Below, in pieces: positions 12,301-32,000 of a DNA stretch of 64,000 bases; position 1 is the stretch's first letter, and every line of letters starts with the position of its first letter. The notes beneath the pieces are model-generated. The model ran no database searches. It was given only the letters and a program-made list of their open reading frames with translations, and had not been told where the DNA came from. The position numbers and the translations under genes are program-made. Source of the DNA: Nitrospirales bacterium (lineage in GTDB: Bacteria > Nitrospirota > Nitrospiria > Nitrospirales > UBA8639); assembly GCA_965203295.1 (NCBI GenBank), contig CBDBCZ010000016.1, forward strand, positions 928,001-992,000, in the 5' to 3' direction.

Positions 12301-13973
12301 CCCATACACAATTAACCACCTCCTTAGGTGATAGGGGAACCACAACAAGTTTCCCTTCCACTGTAGGGAGTCACAGGGGAATGATTAGCTTCCTGTTTGC
12401 GAACTCAACTATACACGTAGCATAAGAACCCAGAATATGGAATTAGTATATTGTGGAATCTCAGTCTGAAATGCGAAAACTTCGTTTAATAGAATAATGT
12501 TTTGCTCACGTACAAAATGCTTTAAAATCCCATTGATAATAGCTCTGCATTTAACCACTGAAATGTGGACACTCCACAATAGTCACCGGAACAACTAATC
12601 ACTACGAACAACTAAACATGTATATCAACGACAGACCACTACTCACAAGCCTATATGTACTGAATCAGTTTACTTATAATTAGTTCTTAATACCTTAATG
12701 AGCAAAGGACAGCTTTGGTCTATCACAGAAATTTTGGTCATGATGTAATTTTGGTCCGGGGGACTGAAACTCCAGACAAATGGGTCTCCCAGCCCATATT
12801 TCTCCCAAATATTTTGATCCACACATGGAATAACGGTTCGACGTGGTCTGAGCATGTGTAAACATGTATAGTCATGCAGAGTCTAGTAGATGAATGGACT
12901 ATAAATAATAGAGATTCAGTTAAGCCTTGCAATTGGTGTGCCTTAATTTGTATCGGCTCTTCCAAGATCAGTGGCGGGCTATAAACTGAAGAAAGCTGTC
13001 TACACACGTTTAGCTATACAAATCATCAGTTCAGGCTTTTACATATAAGTTTATGTGCACAGAACAAGATACATGTACACGCACTGCCAAGTACCAAGAC
13101 CATATTTTCAGAGGCAGACCACTTCCCCCCACCCCCCCAAAAAAAAAGAATCTGGGCAGATCTAGGGCCCCATAAAATTTCGGTCCAGGGCGAATAATGC
13201 ATGAGCCAAAGGACCAAAATTCCAGTGACAAGCCATTTGAAAACTCGAATTGCCCAATCAATTGCTGACTCAGCAGTTCTACTGTCCGTACAACCATGTA
13301 GGTAATATTAGCATATATCCTATGACCATGTCCACAAGGTTGCCTATGGAGGCTATTCTACACAGAGAAGCCTGAAATTATCACCAATAGAGAGTTTTTA
13401 TGTGTCGTCACAGATCACGTGTGTCCGTGTCACGCTCCGTTTATGCCCGTTCTTGCCCACCATGCGTGGGCGACTAGATTGGTACGTTATACAGCGATCT
13501 CAGAATCAAGAGCCGCTGGGAACTTACGCGTTCAGTATCTCAACTATCGCTGTAAGTCAGTTTTCAGGCGGGACAGATCGAGTGAATCTACCACCTAGAC
13601 TACAAGTACGAGAGTAACTTCCGGTCTTTATGCGTATGGCTATGTACGTTGGCTGCCCACCAAAATGGCGCCCTGGCAACAGTTGCTACATGCGCGTGAC
13701 GTAAAATGATGTCAATGAAAACTCTCTATAAAGCTTTAAGGGACCTGTAACATCACAATCACCCAAAGTAATCCATAGCCTATGTACATACACATAGTAA
13801 ACTATTAAACACTGTACCACACACCGAGCCAGTCACTTTTAAGTTTATGTGCTCACTGCCGACGTCTGGTTTTACTTCAGGCTGGGAAAGAGGAGAAAAA
13901 TCTTCATGATTCTCTGTCACACAAACTTACTCCCCCGCACACACACAATCCTTACTTTGGTCTCGTCAGACAT
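9355..13973 (-). CDS. SUMO: SUMO, 94 aa, 5 coding exons (13956-13973, 13825-13881, 10848-10925, 9516-9587, 9355-9414)
   Basis: Spliced [94 protein letters not shown]; all introns GT-AG phase 0; QQTGG end motif. Confidence 0.96.
9688..10084. mobile_element. Non-autonomous inverted-repeat element in a SUMO intron
   Basis: attgtggggtgagcgtgagcgag ... ctcactcacgctcgccccaat. Confidence 0.55.
11678..12165. mobile_element. Tc1/mariner-pogo-type MITE, TA TSD
   Basis: ta|ccgtatttccgcgatcaga ... tctgatcgcggaaatacgg|ta; internal gccgccctcgaata repeats. Confidence 0.9.
12721..13230. mobile_element. Degenerate copy of the TGTCAC..GGTCC TIR element family
   Basis: tatcacagaaattttggtc ... ggaccaaaattccagtgaca, similar to the ends of 14203-14955; no TSD seen. 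Confidence 0.55.
13389..13727. mobile_element. ISL2EU/Harbinger-like MITE, AT TSD (copy 1)
   Basis: at|agagagtttt ... aaaactctct|at; near-identical to 47726-48083. Confidence 0.85.
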
Positions 13974-14171
13974 GGTTCCAAGGTTCTTCTGAACAGGATA
14001 CGAAAGGGCTAGGGCTAGCGTTCGGCCGTCTATAACCTAAGCCAGAAAGTCTAAAGTCTTTTCGTCGAAACTTGGCGGTATATTTCCTGAGAACCACGTG
14101 ACCGTGCTTTGTATTCTAAATGAAGCACACCTAAGTATCCACCTTGGACTGTGCATGCTGTGCCTTCGAAT
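13974..14171. promoter_or_regulatory. Putative bidirectional promoter/5'UTR region shared by SUMO and WBP4
   Basis: Divergent start codons only ~200 bp apart. Confidence 0.65.
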
Positions 14172-20855
<6,684 letters not shown>

Positions 20856-21669
20856 CTGAGCTATAGCCGTGCTTCCTCTCTCTTGCTTTTTCTTCTCTGT
20901 CAGTAAACGACTGCAATAGTTGAAGTGCATGATAAAGCTACCCCCGGTTCCATCATGCATGTGGGAGCTCCTTAAGCGTACGTACAATGCCAACTATACA
21001 AGGTCATGTACATGTACGTACCTGCATCAGTGGTATGCATGGTAATTAAATGAACCTATACATTTTATAGCCCTATATATTATGCAGTTCTGAAATATCT
21101 CCACAGAGTTGGTGAAGCAGAATTGCACACCCCTACTCATTGATCCTCTTGAGCTCGGACATGCCGGTAAATCTAGATCAGCTACATGACCATACATACA
21201 CCAGACATCTGACAATGTAAGTACACCAGCACATCCGATATCTAGTATAGCAACGTACTGGAAAGGTCTGCACATCTTTATCCCACCACCTCATGCAGAC
21301 TGTATGCAATGCATGTCTTGTCCAGACAGGAATAATCATGGGTGTAACTCTAAGTTAGTTATAGCTGGCTCAATAGCCACCAGAGGCTAGCTATATAGCT
21401 AGTGCATGAAAAATATAATTATGGTCCACAATTCCTGCTGCAGATTATAGGGTGAAGGTATTGGTTGCAACAGACTATTACAATGCATAGCGATCACAAA
21501 AAAAGCAACATAGGGAATACGTATATAGACCAGATATACAATTGCATTGTACAATTTCTGTTTCTCCCTTACACACACAGCAGTGAGTGAATAGTATTGC
21601 AAACACATAATAATTGGAATACATGGCTCTAACTGAGCACATGAATATGATTATATGTCTTTATGTAGA

Positions 21670-24027
21670 CTAACTGTATATAATTGTCTGTATACTGTGA
21701 GATAATGCAGTCACTTTAACGGCTTGCTGCTTGCCACCACTTGTGTCCAGGAGCTTAAACGTAATTGACTGGTCACCAGTGTTCATCACCACGACAACGA
21801 CCTGTTTCAGAGGAGTGAGGAAGGCAGTACACTCTAGAGAAGAGTTCATCACAACACTGGATATCCTCACTGATCCACGGGGGACAAACTTGCTGCAAAT
21901 GAGAGAAAATATTATAGTCAATTGGTATGATCTAAATCTGATCCCTGTGTGATTATCGCTGTTTGAAGTTATGGCATGGAGCTAGAGCCACCACACTCTG
22001 TATGCTGTTGCAGGAATAACAAACAGGTAGGTTACTACAAAGTGTATGTTGGCTTCCTGATTAACAACTGTCCAGTAGCCAGTCAGAATCTGATGATGCC
22101 CATATACTCATGCACTTTGTAGTACAAGGAACAATCACATGTTTTTAGATGATGCCCATAATATTATACTCATGGCTGTGTAGTAAAAGGCACAATCACG
22201 TGTTTTTCTTGCAACAGCATTGTGAGCATGTGAATTATCAGCAACTGCAACAACCGCTCAATAGATATTGTGTGGTGCATCCTATATAGTCAGTACAATG
22301 CAGCAACAGATGTTTACCTAATATGTCCCACGTAGTAGTAGAACACCTGAGGGTACACCACTTGGTTCTCTGCATCAGCTAGTAGCATTGCATCGAAACC
22401 GCATTTGACCGGCCCTTCACACTCATCAGGACCCTTGTGGTTTGGCCCCCCAAGCATATCCAGCATGAGGTTCCAGTCAATGAAGCCCACCACCCAGTTG
22501 TTCATGTCTCCGATGATGTCATGAGCATAGTGCTCCCCGTGTGACCACAGCGGATGCTTCGGATCTATCTCCCTAGGATCGGTGGCCTCAGTGGCCAGGA
22601 TGGGTTTGTCTGGAAAGAGAAAGTGGGTCGTATTGAGGTTCTCAAACTGATCTCCGCTGTACCAATGCACAGCGGTGCCCCAGGCATACTTGGCAGCATT
22701 GGGATCAGTGTAGATTGTCTTTGCCCATTGAACCACATTATCCTTGTTGTGGTCGTAGATAAGAATCTTGAGCTTTGGGTGGTCCATGCTAAGCTGAGGA
22801 CCAAGAAACGTCTTGAGAAAGTCCCGCTCCGCCTCAGGAGTAAAATGCATCCCTTCATAGTCTGGTGGACAGTATCCTGGCTCGTTTTGAATCGTAATGC
22901 CCCAGATGTCTATTCCCGCCTCATCACAGTATGCTGAAATAAACTTTGAGAAATATAGTGCCCACGTATGCCTGTATTCATCCTTTAGATTGCAGTCCGA
23001 GCAACCGTGTGGGCAGTAAGGAGGCAGAGTGTCCCTCTGCTTCATCCAGTTTGGAGGACTCCATGGTGATGCCACAATGTTCAGGGTGCTGTTAGACCAC
23101 TTCTTCCTGGTTTCAATGGCCTGCTTGATGAAAGGAATAATCAGCTGCTTGTCGTGATCAATGCTAAAGTGGTCCAAATTAGAGTCTCCAGCTACAGCAT
23201 CGTAGTTGTAAGTTTCGAGGGAAAAATCACATGAGCCCATGGGTAGTCTAGCCATATTGTACCTCAGTCCCTCCTCAGAGAAGTACATGTCCAGAACCTG
23301 AGACTGAAGGGTGGGGTTCAGCTTGGAGAACACGTAGGATGCTGACTCTGTGAAGGCCCCTCCGAATCCCTCTATGGTCTGGTAAGTAACTGACCTGATG
23401 GTGGATAAGCATGGTATGGGTTCATGTGTCATTCCGGGTCATCAGACCGTTTTCTGTTGACATGATCACAACTACAAAAGTGATCTCTCAATTCAAGGCA
23501 GATTGGATATTATTCTCCATTAGCAAGGATTCGTTATTACAGTGGGCTGGAATGAAGCCCTTAATTGACTAATGGAATGCAATCTTAGATACATAGGACT
23601 ATCTCTTGGTAAAAAGTTGGGGATAGTTGTCTAGGCTATTCTGAGCAGTCCATTCCAGTCCACCTAACGGAAACCCCCCTCGTATTTATTATACAATCGC
23701 GGGCGTAATTTACAGCACCCCGATGTTGTTCAAATAAGCATGAGCCCCTCCCACTATTGCGGTAGATCCCACATAACGTACATGTATATGATGCATGATG
23801 ATAAAAAGACTTGTCGTTTACCTATTGATTGAGACGGTGGTGGTAGAGGGGAAGTCATCACTAAACTGCAAGTCATGTTGTCTTGTGAGGCGATCTGGGG
23901 TCCCCTCTGCCGTTCTGTACCATTCCGCCGTACCAGCTGTCTCCACTCTAAGAACCTGTACTACGCAAAGTATGCAAAGCAACCGACAGACGACATTAAA
24001 CTTGGACATTATGATAGCAAAATCCAT
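21670..24027 (-). CDS. GBA: Lysosomal glucosylceramidase-like GH30 hydrolase, 3 exons (23822-24027, 22318-23394, 21670-21892)
   Basis: Signal-like N-terminus; YQTIEGFGGAFTES, ASPWSPPNWMK, ITIQNEP (acid/base Glu), LATEA (nucleophile Glu), FIDWNL, GHISKFVPRGS. Confidence 0.93.
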
Positions 24028-24239
24028 AGCTATTGCAAAATAATAAATTATGAAGCAGACTGATCAGTAGCTACGACGAGATTTCAATTCTGTGAAGGCT
24101 TAGCATTCGTGAACTTCCAGCTATGTCACCCCTACGAGTCGAACGGGTACTAGGTGCATGCTGAACACACTTCTGCGCACGAGGTGATTACGTCATTCAG
24201 TGATACAGCTCACATAATTATGCGCACAAGTGCTGTCAC

Positions 24240-24637
24240 TAAGGCTGAGCCTATCATGCTCAAGAAATACCCTATTATGCTATGCTGCACTGCTCCAAAA
24301 TATTCCTATTATGCTCAACAAATGTCCCTATTGTGCTCAAATTATGCTCATTAAACTTAATATGACCCTCGTAGCGAAACCTACCATAAACTTCAAGTAT
24401 GCGTGGGTGGATAATCGGTGATGCATATTTTCATAATTTCTAGTATGTTCACTGCTTTTGGACCACTCCCCTACAAGGTCTGACAGTAATAGATTGGTAG
24501 CTTGCTGAGTTTCCGCTACACATTAATTAAGTGACCTAATTTCTCCCAAGAATCTACCTATTATGTTTGCATTATGCTCAGTGCTTCTGCATACCTATTA
24601 TGCTCATTTTAATGCTGGCATAATCGGCTCACCCCTA
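24240..24637. mobile_element. hAT-type MITE with 8-bp TSD upstream of GBA
   Basis: gctgtcac|taaggctgagcctatcatgc ... gcataatcggctcaccccta|gctgtcac. Confidence 0.88.
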
Positions 24638-26044
24638 GCTGTCACTGCAGCTGCGCAGGATGGTCTCAGATGCACTGCACTGTGTTCATTGGAAGTGCAT
24701 TCCTACATGAATGCTTTTGCACTTTATCATAAAAGTGAGGTAATTATAGTAGATTGCGGAGAGTTTTTTTAGAGAATGGCAAATTGAGTGTGGTTACGAA
24801 GGGGTGTCGATGCATGAAGTGATGACTGAACTTGCTCCTGTGAAGGTGGGTCGGAAAAATGAGAAGGTGAAATGTTTCAGTGGCAAGCTGAGTAAGTGTA
24901 CTTCACTAAACATATAAAATTTGGCAGATGATATTCTGGGTGTTAACCTGCAGTTTCTCTAGAATGTACTGCCTTCCTCACTCCTCTGAAACAGGTCGTT
25001 GTGTACTTGACGGCAAGTGTGCCCATTACAGGCAGCAAAGGTGGTGTAGGATAAGGAGCCAGATAAAGCAGAGCATTATACATAATTCTTCATGTATTAG
25101 AGCTGTATGCTATATTCTGTGCTGCATTTGGATGAGTCAGTATAACATGTAGGATGAGCCACAAATACAAGCAAGACGAGTATGTCCAGTGATACTGGCC
25201 ATGGATGGCTATATAATTATATCAATGCGAAATTTATCGTACTCACCACCCATGATTACAAATGGCCGGTGTTCATCAAGCAGTCAAATATCACTGGATA
25301 TTGACTTGGATGGTTTGCCACAATTATAGGAAATACTACATAGTGATACTATGACATTGTGGCATGTATTATACTATAATAATTATTATGTGAAAGAACT
25401 GTCAGCAAATATTTGAATCCTAAGAAGTGGTGTGTAAGTCAAAGAACAGAGACTTCCCTGACTAGCTACATGTCCACATGCAGTATACACATAAAAAGGG
25501 ACAAACAGCTGTTAGGTCTCAGAAGATGTACCCCTCACATGCAGAAGAGTTACGGAGAGACTGATCACAAATATGCCATCATTCCTTAGGCGCTACATGT
25601 ACCGCATTTCCTAATAAATTGTATCTCTCAGTGAGAGTGAAGAGCCAAAAGCTGTAGCACATTAAATGTGTGGATGATGGCTTCATAACTAATTATACTT
25701 TTGGTCAGTTGGTGTTTCTAGTGACAGTTTAATCATGAGCCTTGCCATTATAAGCACAATACATTACTCACAACTTAAGGGGGAGAAATGACTGGATACA
25801 AAATTATAAGGAGACAATGAAGTCCCAAAAACTATCAAGAGTGTACATGATTGTACCTGCATGTATTGCTCATACAATATTATATCTACAAGATGATTAT
25901 GTACAACGCAACACTGTAGAATTTTACAATGATCATTGCTATATAAGAAATAAGGTGTGGTCAATGTCACCTCTTGATTTTGACATGGCTACTATCACTT
26001 AAAGAGACAATGAAAATATTATCATGATGGGTGAGGTTTCGTGC

Positions 26045-29000
26045 TTAGGCAGCTTTCTGAAAGTTGGAGTATATTTCAAAGCTGTCTAAAAATTCATTAA
26101 GTATCTCATGACACAGAATGTATTGCTCCTGCAGTGGAAAAGGAAACAGGTGGTCAGTCAGAAGTGACTTTGGACTAGTGATGTGTGCATGCATGCATAG
26201 AAAGAAGACTCCTCGCTCAGCATACGATCACCACTTGAGTTCTCCCACAAACTCACCACACTCTGCACCAGGCCTGGACGGTTGAGACGGGCTGACTTGA
26301 TGAACTGAAAGACGTCAACCAGACCCTCAGTCTTCAGCCTCTCTATCTGAGCATGCATGCAGATGAAAGTGCCTGTACGACCCATTCCATCACTGCAAGA
26401 AAACAATGATAGAAGAAGGCACACTAATTGGACTAGATCATGCCGAAATCATAATAGAATTCTTAATGGAAACCAATGATACAAGAAGCACAACACACAA
26501 TATTTCCACTGTGTTCCCGGGCAAAGTTAATAAGTCACTCTATGGCTACAGTACTAAACACATCAACTAACTTGCACATAACAGTGATGGCCTTGTTTTC
26601 TGTGGTCATCTGCACCCGGTTGACATTCTCCAACACTTCCAAGACAGCAGATGGAGTGGGACGGCCATGTTTCGGCCAGCACAGCAGCTGAAACTGGGTC
26701 ACAGTGAAGGAGGAAGGGCCCCTTGCTTCCTAGAAGAAGTTAACAACAAACTTTATATTTGCCGTGGTGAAGCTATAACATTGTGATGTGGTGTAATTGC
26801 TTACGTACAGTTGTGGATTGAGATTGGCCGTAAAAGACTTCAAACTTTCTAACTACATAGCCATGGTTCTTCTCCTCTGATTCCAGTGTGACCTCAATGT
26901 CACGATACTTTATAGTCAACCCCTGCTTCGTAGGCCAGTAAATATAGCAGGACTCCTGTAGCAAGATAATTTGAAATATTGTCTCAAATTCGCTCTCACA
27001 TGCAACTTCAGTAACACTGGGAACTCTATATATGATGCTACTACGATAATAGTATGATCTCAAGGTGTTAGGCACAACATAGCCATACTTCATGTGCTAC
27101 AGAATACATCACCTTTCCTTCCTCTAAAAAGCTGCACAGCATGACGATACACTTGCTCTGGTACTCCCAAATCATCCTCCAAAAATCCTTCATGGTAGAG
27201 GCCAGTGGGCCCTGGGTGGCAATGTAAGCCCCTCTCTTCCTATAGCCCTATTGTATAATGTGGAAAGAATACAGAGAATGTTCAAGGTACAAGTATTGTG
27301 TGAGACTCTACTGACATCAACAAAGTTGGCATTGATGTAGTCAGATCCTTCAATTCCTGTTTGTCGTAGGAACACTCGGCAGTAGTTGCCTGTGAGTTAA
27401 AAAGAAAATGAGGTAAGGCACAGATATACTCATCATCGTGGATTATAGTACTCCATATGACATTGTAGGGATGGTGTGGGGAAAAAATGGCGGTCCCAGT
27501 CCCATTACATCTGTACAAAATGATGCTCATGACTGCTGTAGATGTAGTCTAGGCCAACTATGAGCCCTCCCAGGAGCATTGTTGTAATCAACCAGACTGT
27601 TAGCGTTGCTATAAATTTTGTTAAACCACTTTTTTCTCAGGCAAACATGGCCATTTGTACCTGCAATTTTGGAGGCATAGCGGTTCTTTATGAGGTTGTA
27701 TTCTGCTGTAGCATCAGAAAAATCTTCCTCTTCCATTTTGGGGGAAATTTGCTTGAGTAGCTGTTGGGCATACATGGAATATTTTGCGAAAATGAAATCT
27801 CATATTCTGTACACTGACAAATTTATTCCGTACCTCAAACTGGTCTTGGAACCCGGACACCTGCTTGTCATCGGCAGTCTGATGCAGTTGGCTGGTGGTG
27901 ATCCTTAGGTTGGCTGCAGATATGTCTGTCTTACCACAGGTGATCAGTTCATCCAAGGCAGTATGGATGAACACATACTGGTCCTAAAGAGGAGAATGTC
28001 TAACATGCAGTTGTTCCTAAACGGGGTTAGGCACTACACCTATGATGTATATATGAGACAATAAGAGTATATAAACAGATAAACTATCAGTGCTGGGATA
28101 GTTAAAATAGAGTACAGCCTACCAGAGTCTGGACCATTTGTACACGCTGGCGTCGCAGCTTTTCAACACACCCGAAGACATTCACAACACCCATGTCTTT
28201 GATCCGCTGCAACTGCATATCGAGAACCATAAATGTTCCAGACCTGCCCACTCCGGCACTGCAGTGCACTAGGAGAGGATGTTGGTGTGATGGGGGATGG
28301 GACAAGCGCACCCTCTCAATGAAATTAATAAGAGACATGGCATTTGATGGTACTCCATGGTCTGGCCAGGCTAGATAGAAGAAATGGGAAACCTCCAAAG
28401 CTGGCTCTGCATGATCGGATGTCTAAGGAGGGATATAGTAACCAATAGTATACATGATTCATTCAAGCAAAACTGTCCCTAAAATGGGCAAATAACTTTC
28501 ATTCTTACATCTTTCACAATGAATGTCCTGATCTCGTATTCAGCGAATGGCAGGAAGGAGGTGAGGGTGACTGTGAGGTTATAACCCACTTCTTCAGTCT
28601 TATTGATTTTTTTAGGCCAGTACTGCTCACACTTTTTCTGTACAGGAAGACCAGTGTGTGGGTAAAATAAATAACTTAATTACTAGTCAGGATAATTGCG
28701 TATGCTGGTCTTAGTCTAAGATAACAGCCTACTTTTCCTTCTTCAATGCATCTAGTCAACATTGCAACAGTTGTGAGTTGGTGTTCCCAAATCATTCGCC
28801 AGAAGTCACCCACAGTTCCAGGAACAGGGCCTGAGATAAAGATGTAAAAAGGCATGTTTTGATGACAAAATGTCCAACTCATAGTGTCTAAAAGAATGGT
28901 ACCTTGTGAGGCAATGTATTCATTCTGTTTTGTGTAGCCCTAAATTGGAGAAGCAGTAAGCTTTATAATTAAAGAGCCAAACATATATAGCCATTACCAA

Positions 29001-32000
29001 AAGTAAATGAGCCTTACATCAATGAAGCTGGCATTGATGTAGTCAGATCCTTCTACTCCTTCAATCTCCTTCAGTTTCACCCGACAGAAGTCATCTGAGT
29101 ATGAGAGGGTGGATGGTATAGGGAAGTGACAGGTGTTGTGGCTATACCGTTTCTTGAAATAACTTACATGGGTAAATGTTTTGAAATCGATTACGCGGTT
29201 TGTTGCAGGAGGTCATAGCAGCATCATAAGCTGCCAAAGGTTCTTTCCTTAGGGACTAAGAATCCAAGTGATAGTTAAAATAATCTTTTCACAAGGTTAG
29301 CAGTGTGGTACTTACTTCGTACTCAGTTTGAAAATTTCTATCTTTGTCTGTGTGCATGTTGGACACGTGGGCACTGAACCAGGCAACTGAGATACCCTCA
29401 CTCTTGCTCTCAACTAAATAGACATGCAAATGTTGAAAATATCGACTACTGTCTACTGTGTGGAAACAATGCTTTATACCTGAAGACCTTTTCCCCTGAG
29501 TATTCTCTTTTCCACTGAATGACAGCTCCAAGCTGTCTGCAGAGATGGGCCACATGGCCTGAGGTCGTACGTGATACTTTCCAGTCTGAGACCGCTTCTG
29601 CCTATAGAATCGCCTATAGAGTAATAGCATAACGTAAGTTACAGCTCACATTAATACGTACCATTGTTGGTTAATCAAGGTCACAGCAATGTGTACACTT
29701 CATGTATTCATCTATATACTTGTACTCATACACTGTACATGAACTCACCACAATGCAGCAACCAATATAATAGCAATGAGCACAACAAAGAGAGCTCCAA
29801 TGATAGCTCCCACCACTGCTCCAACATTCATGGAACTGCTACTTGGATCTGTATCAGTGGGGTACCAGCAGTGCATGGTATAAACAATATGTGTACTCTT
29901 TTCCAGATACATTTGTGAAATCAAAAAGGAGAAAATACATTTGTTTCATAGGGAAGGGGGGAGGGGATTTATAACATGGAGCGTAACAATTTAAAGACTG
30001 TACATGATCAATATAGGAGCTCAAGACCAATCAGGAAATGGGTCCATGGTACCAAACTCAAGATTCGCATGGTAAGGAGGGGTGGGTTGTTGAGAATAGA
30101 CAAACCCATCCTTGCCGTACAAATCTTCGACTTGGCAGCTAGTGCTTTCTGCCATCAGAAAGAAACGAAATCACTTACTTTTTACGGTGAGTGTCTTTGC
30201 ATCCATCACTGTCCCTGCGGTGGAGGTGGCCTGACAGGTGTACAGTCCTCCATGGGACGTCTGCACTGGGGTGAACTCCAATGTGCTAACATAGGTCTTA
30301 GTAGAGTCATTAGTCATCAGATGCTGGGTGTCACTGATAATACTGCCACCATCAGGGCCTAACCACTGCACAACTGGATCTCCTATCAGTGAGTCCCCCT
30401 CTGCCAGAGTGACAGTACAGGTGAGAGAGAAGAACTCTCCTGCAACTGGTATTTCAGGAGGTGATATTGTGACTGTGGGAGGAGGGTCTGAGAGACCAAT
30501 GGAGTAGTAAGTTATGTCAGTCACAAAGGTTCCCCCCATTGTACAATGACATGTACAAATACTGTTTGCTCACTTTGTACTGTTAATAATGTAGCATCCA
30601 TCATTGTGCCAGCAGAGGAAGTAGCCTGGCAGATATACTCCCCTCCATGGGATGTCATCACAGGGTTGAATTCCAGTGTGCTGATGTATATATTAGTCAT
30701 TGCCTGATGTGTACTACTGACAAGAACACCATTGGGACACATCCACTGCACAGCTCCTATCAGCGAGTCCCCCTCTGCCAGAGAGACAGTGCAAGTGAGA
30801 GAGAAGGACTCTCCTGCTGTTGGTGTCTCATACGGTGATATTGAAACTGTGAGAGAATCGACTAAAGGAAAATAATAGCAATTATCACTCTTCAGCAACT
30901 ACATAGTGACCACTGACTAATATTCTGATATGTATCTTCATAACTATAATTCATTATACCTGTATATAACAATTTCACATTTCAATACAAGGCGTGAAAT
31001 GTACAAGCTGACCACACTCCCTACTAGAAAAGATTACAGGTGAACAGACATACATGTAATTTGCAAGTTGAGTTTGAGGAAAGTATTCTAGATGATGATG
31101 CTAAGTGTGCCCAGTTGAGGGCACTGAGCCCTTTCCTAGAGACTGTTTAATTAACATTTGTTTACTGTCACCGGGTAATGAGAGAAGCAGCTATTCAGTC
31201 CAAGTTTGAATAGAGTACTGGTGTGAGACCACTTCCCATTCTGAGAACTGTATCCTGTATTCATAAGGCAACGTCTGCCTAGCAAACTAAGCATTTATCT
31301 TTCTTAATTAAAGTATTTTCTGAACATGACATACGGCTAAAGAATCACAACAGCAATGATACAGCTGTGCTTATATACATCGAGGTGAATGAAATGATTA
31401 AACACTCTCGTTACTATAAACCATACACTTAAGGGAGAGATTTTTAGTATCATGCCATCATAAGGGAAAACTTACATGCCATAAGTTCCTTTGAGGCTGT
31501 GCCCAATGCATTTAGAACTATGCAGTTATAAGTATGTCCAATGATGTCAGTTGCTGCAGCATCAATGATAAGAACAGTTTCATATGTGGATAGTCTCCTG
31601 TCAGTTATTGTTTGTATCTGTGTGTAGGTGTCATTGGGGAGAGACAGTGGTTGGCTATCCCTCATCCAGGTCACAGCGGTGGCAGGGGAACCAGTGGAGA
31701 TGCAGGTCAGGTTAGAGGATAAGCAACCATAGGTGAATACCAGGTGTGTGATGTTAGGAGGAGCTGGGAAAGAACAACGTACCCACTCTAATGATTTACT
31801 GACTAATAACATGTGCAACTGGATATACTATATCAAAGTCCTTGTGAGTGTTAAATAGTTGTGAATTGTTAGTGCATTGCGAGCTCACAATTAATAGAAT
31901 ACAATATATGTATTATGCTCTGGGGCATGTAATGCGAAATTTATGTAGCACTCACATGCTCCACACAGCATACATTGAACATATGCATACTTACTATTGA

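Noticed and set aside
22554..22937. Antisense ORFs over GBA, Ig, PTP and transposase exons
   Set aside because: Shadow frames of real coding exons with no independent motifs
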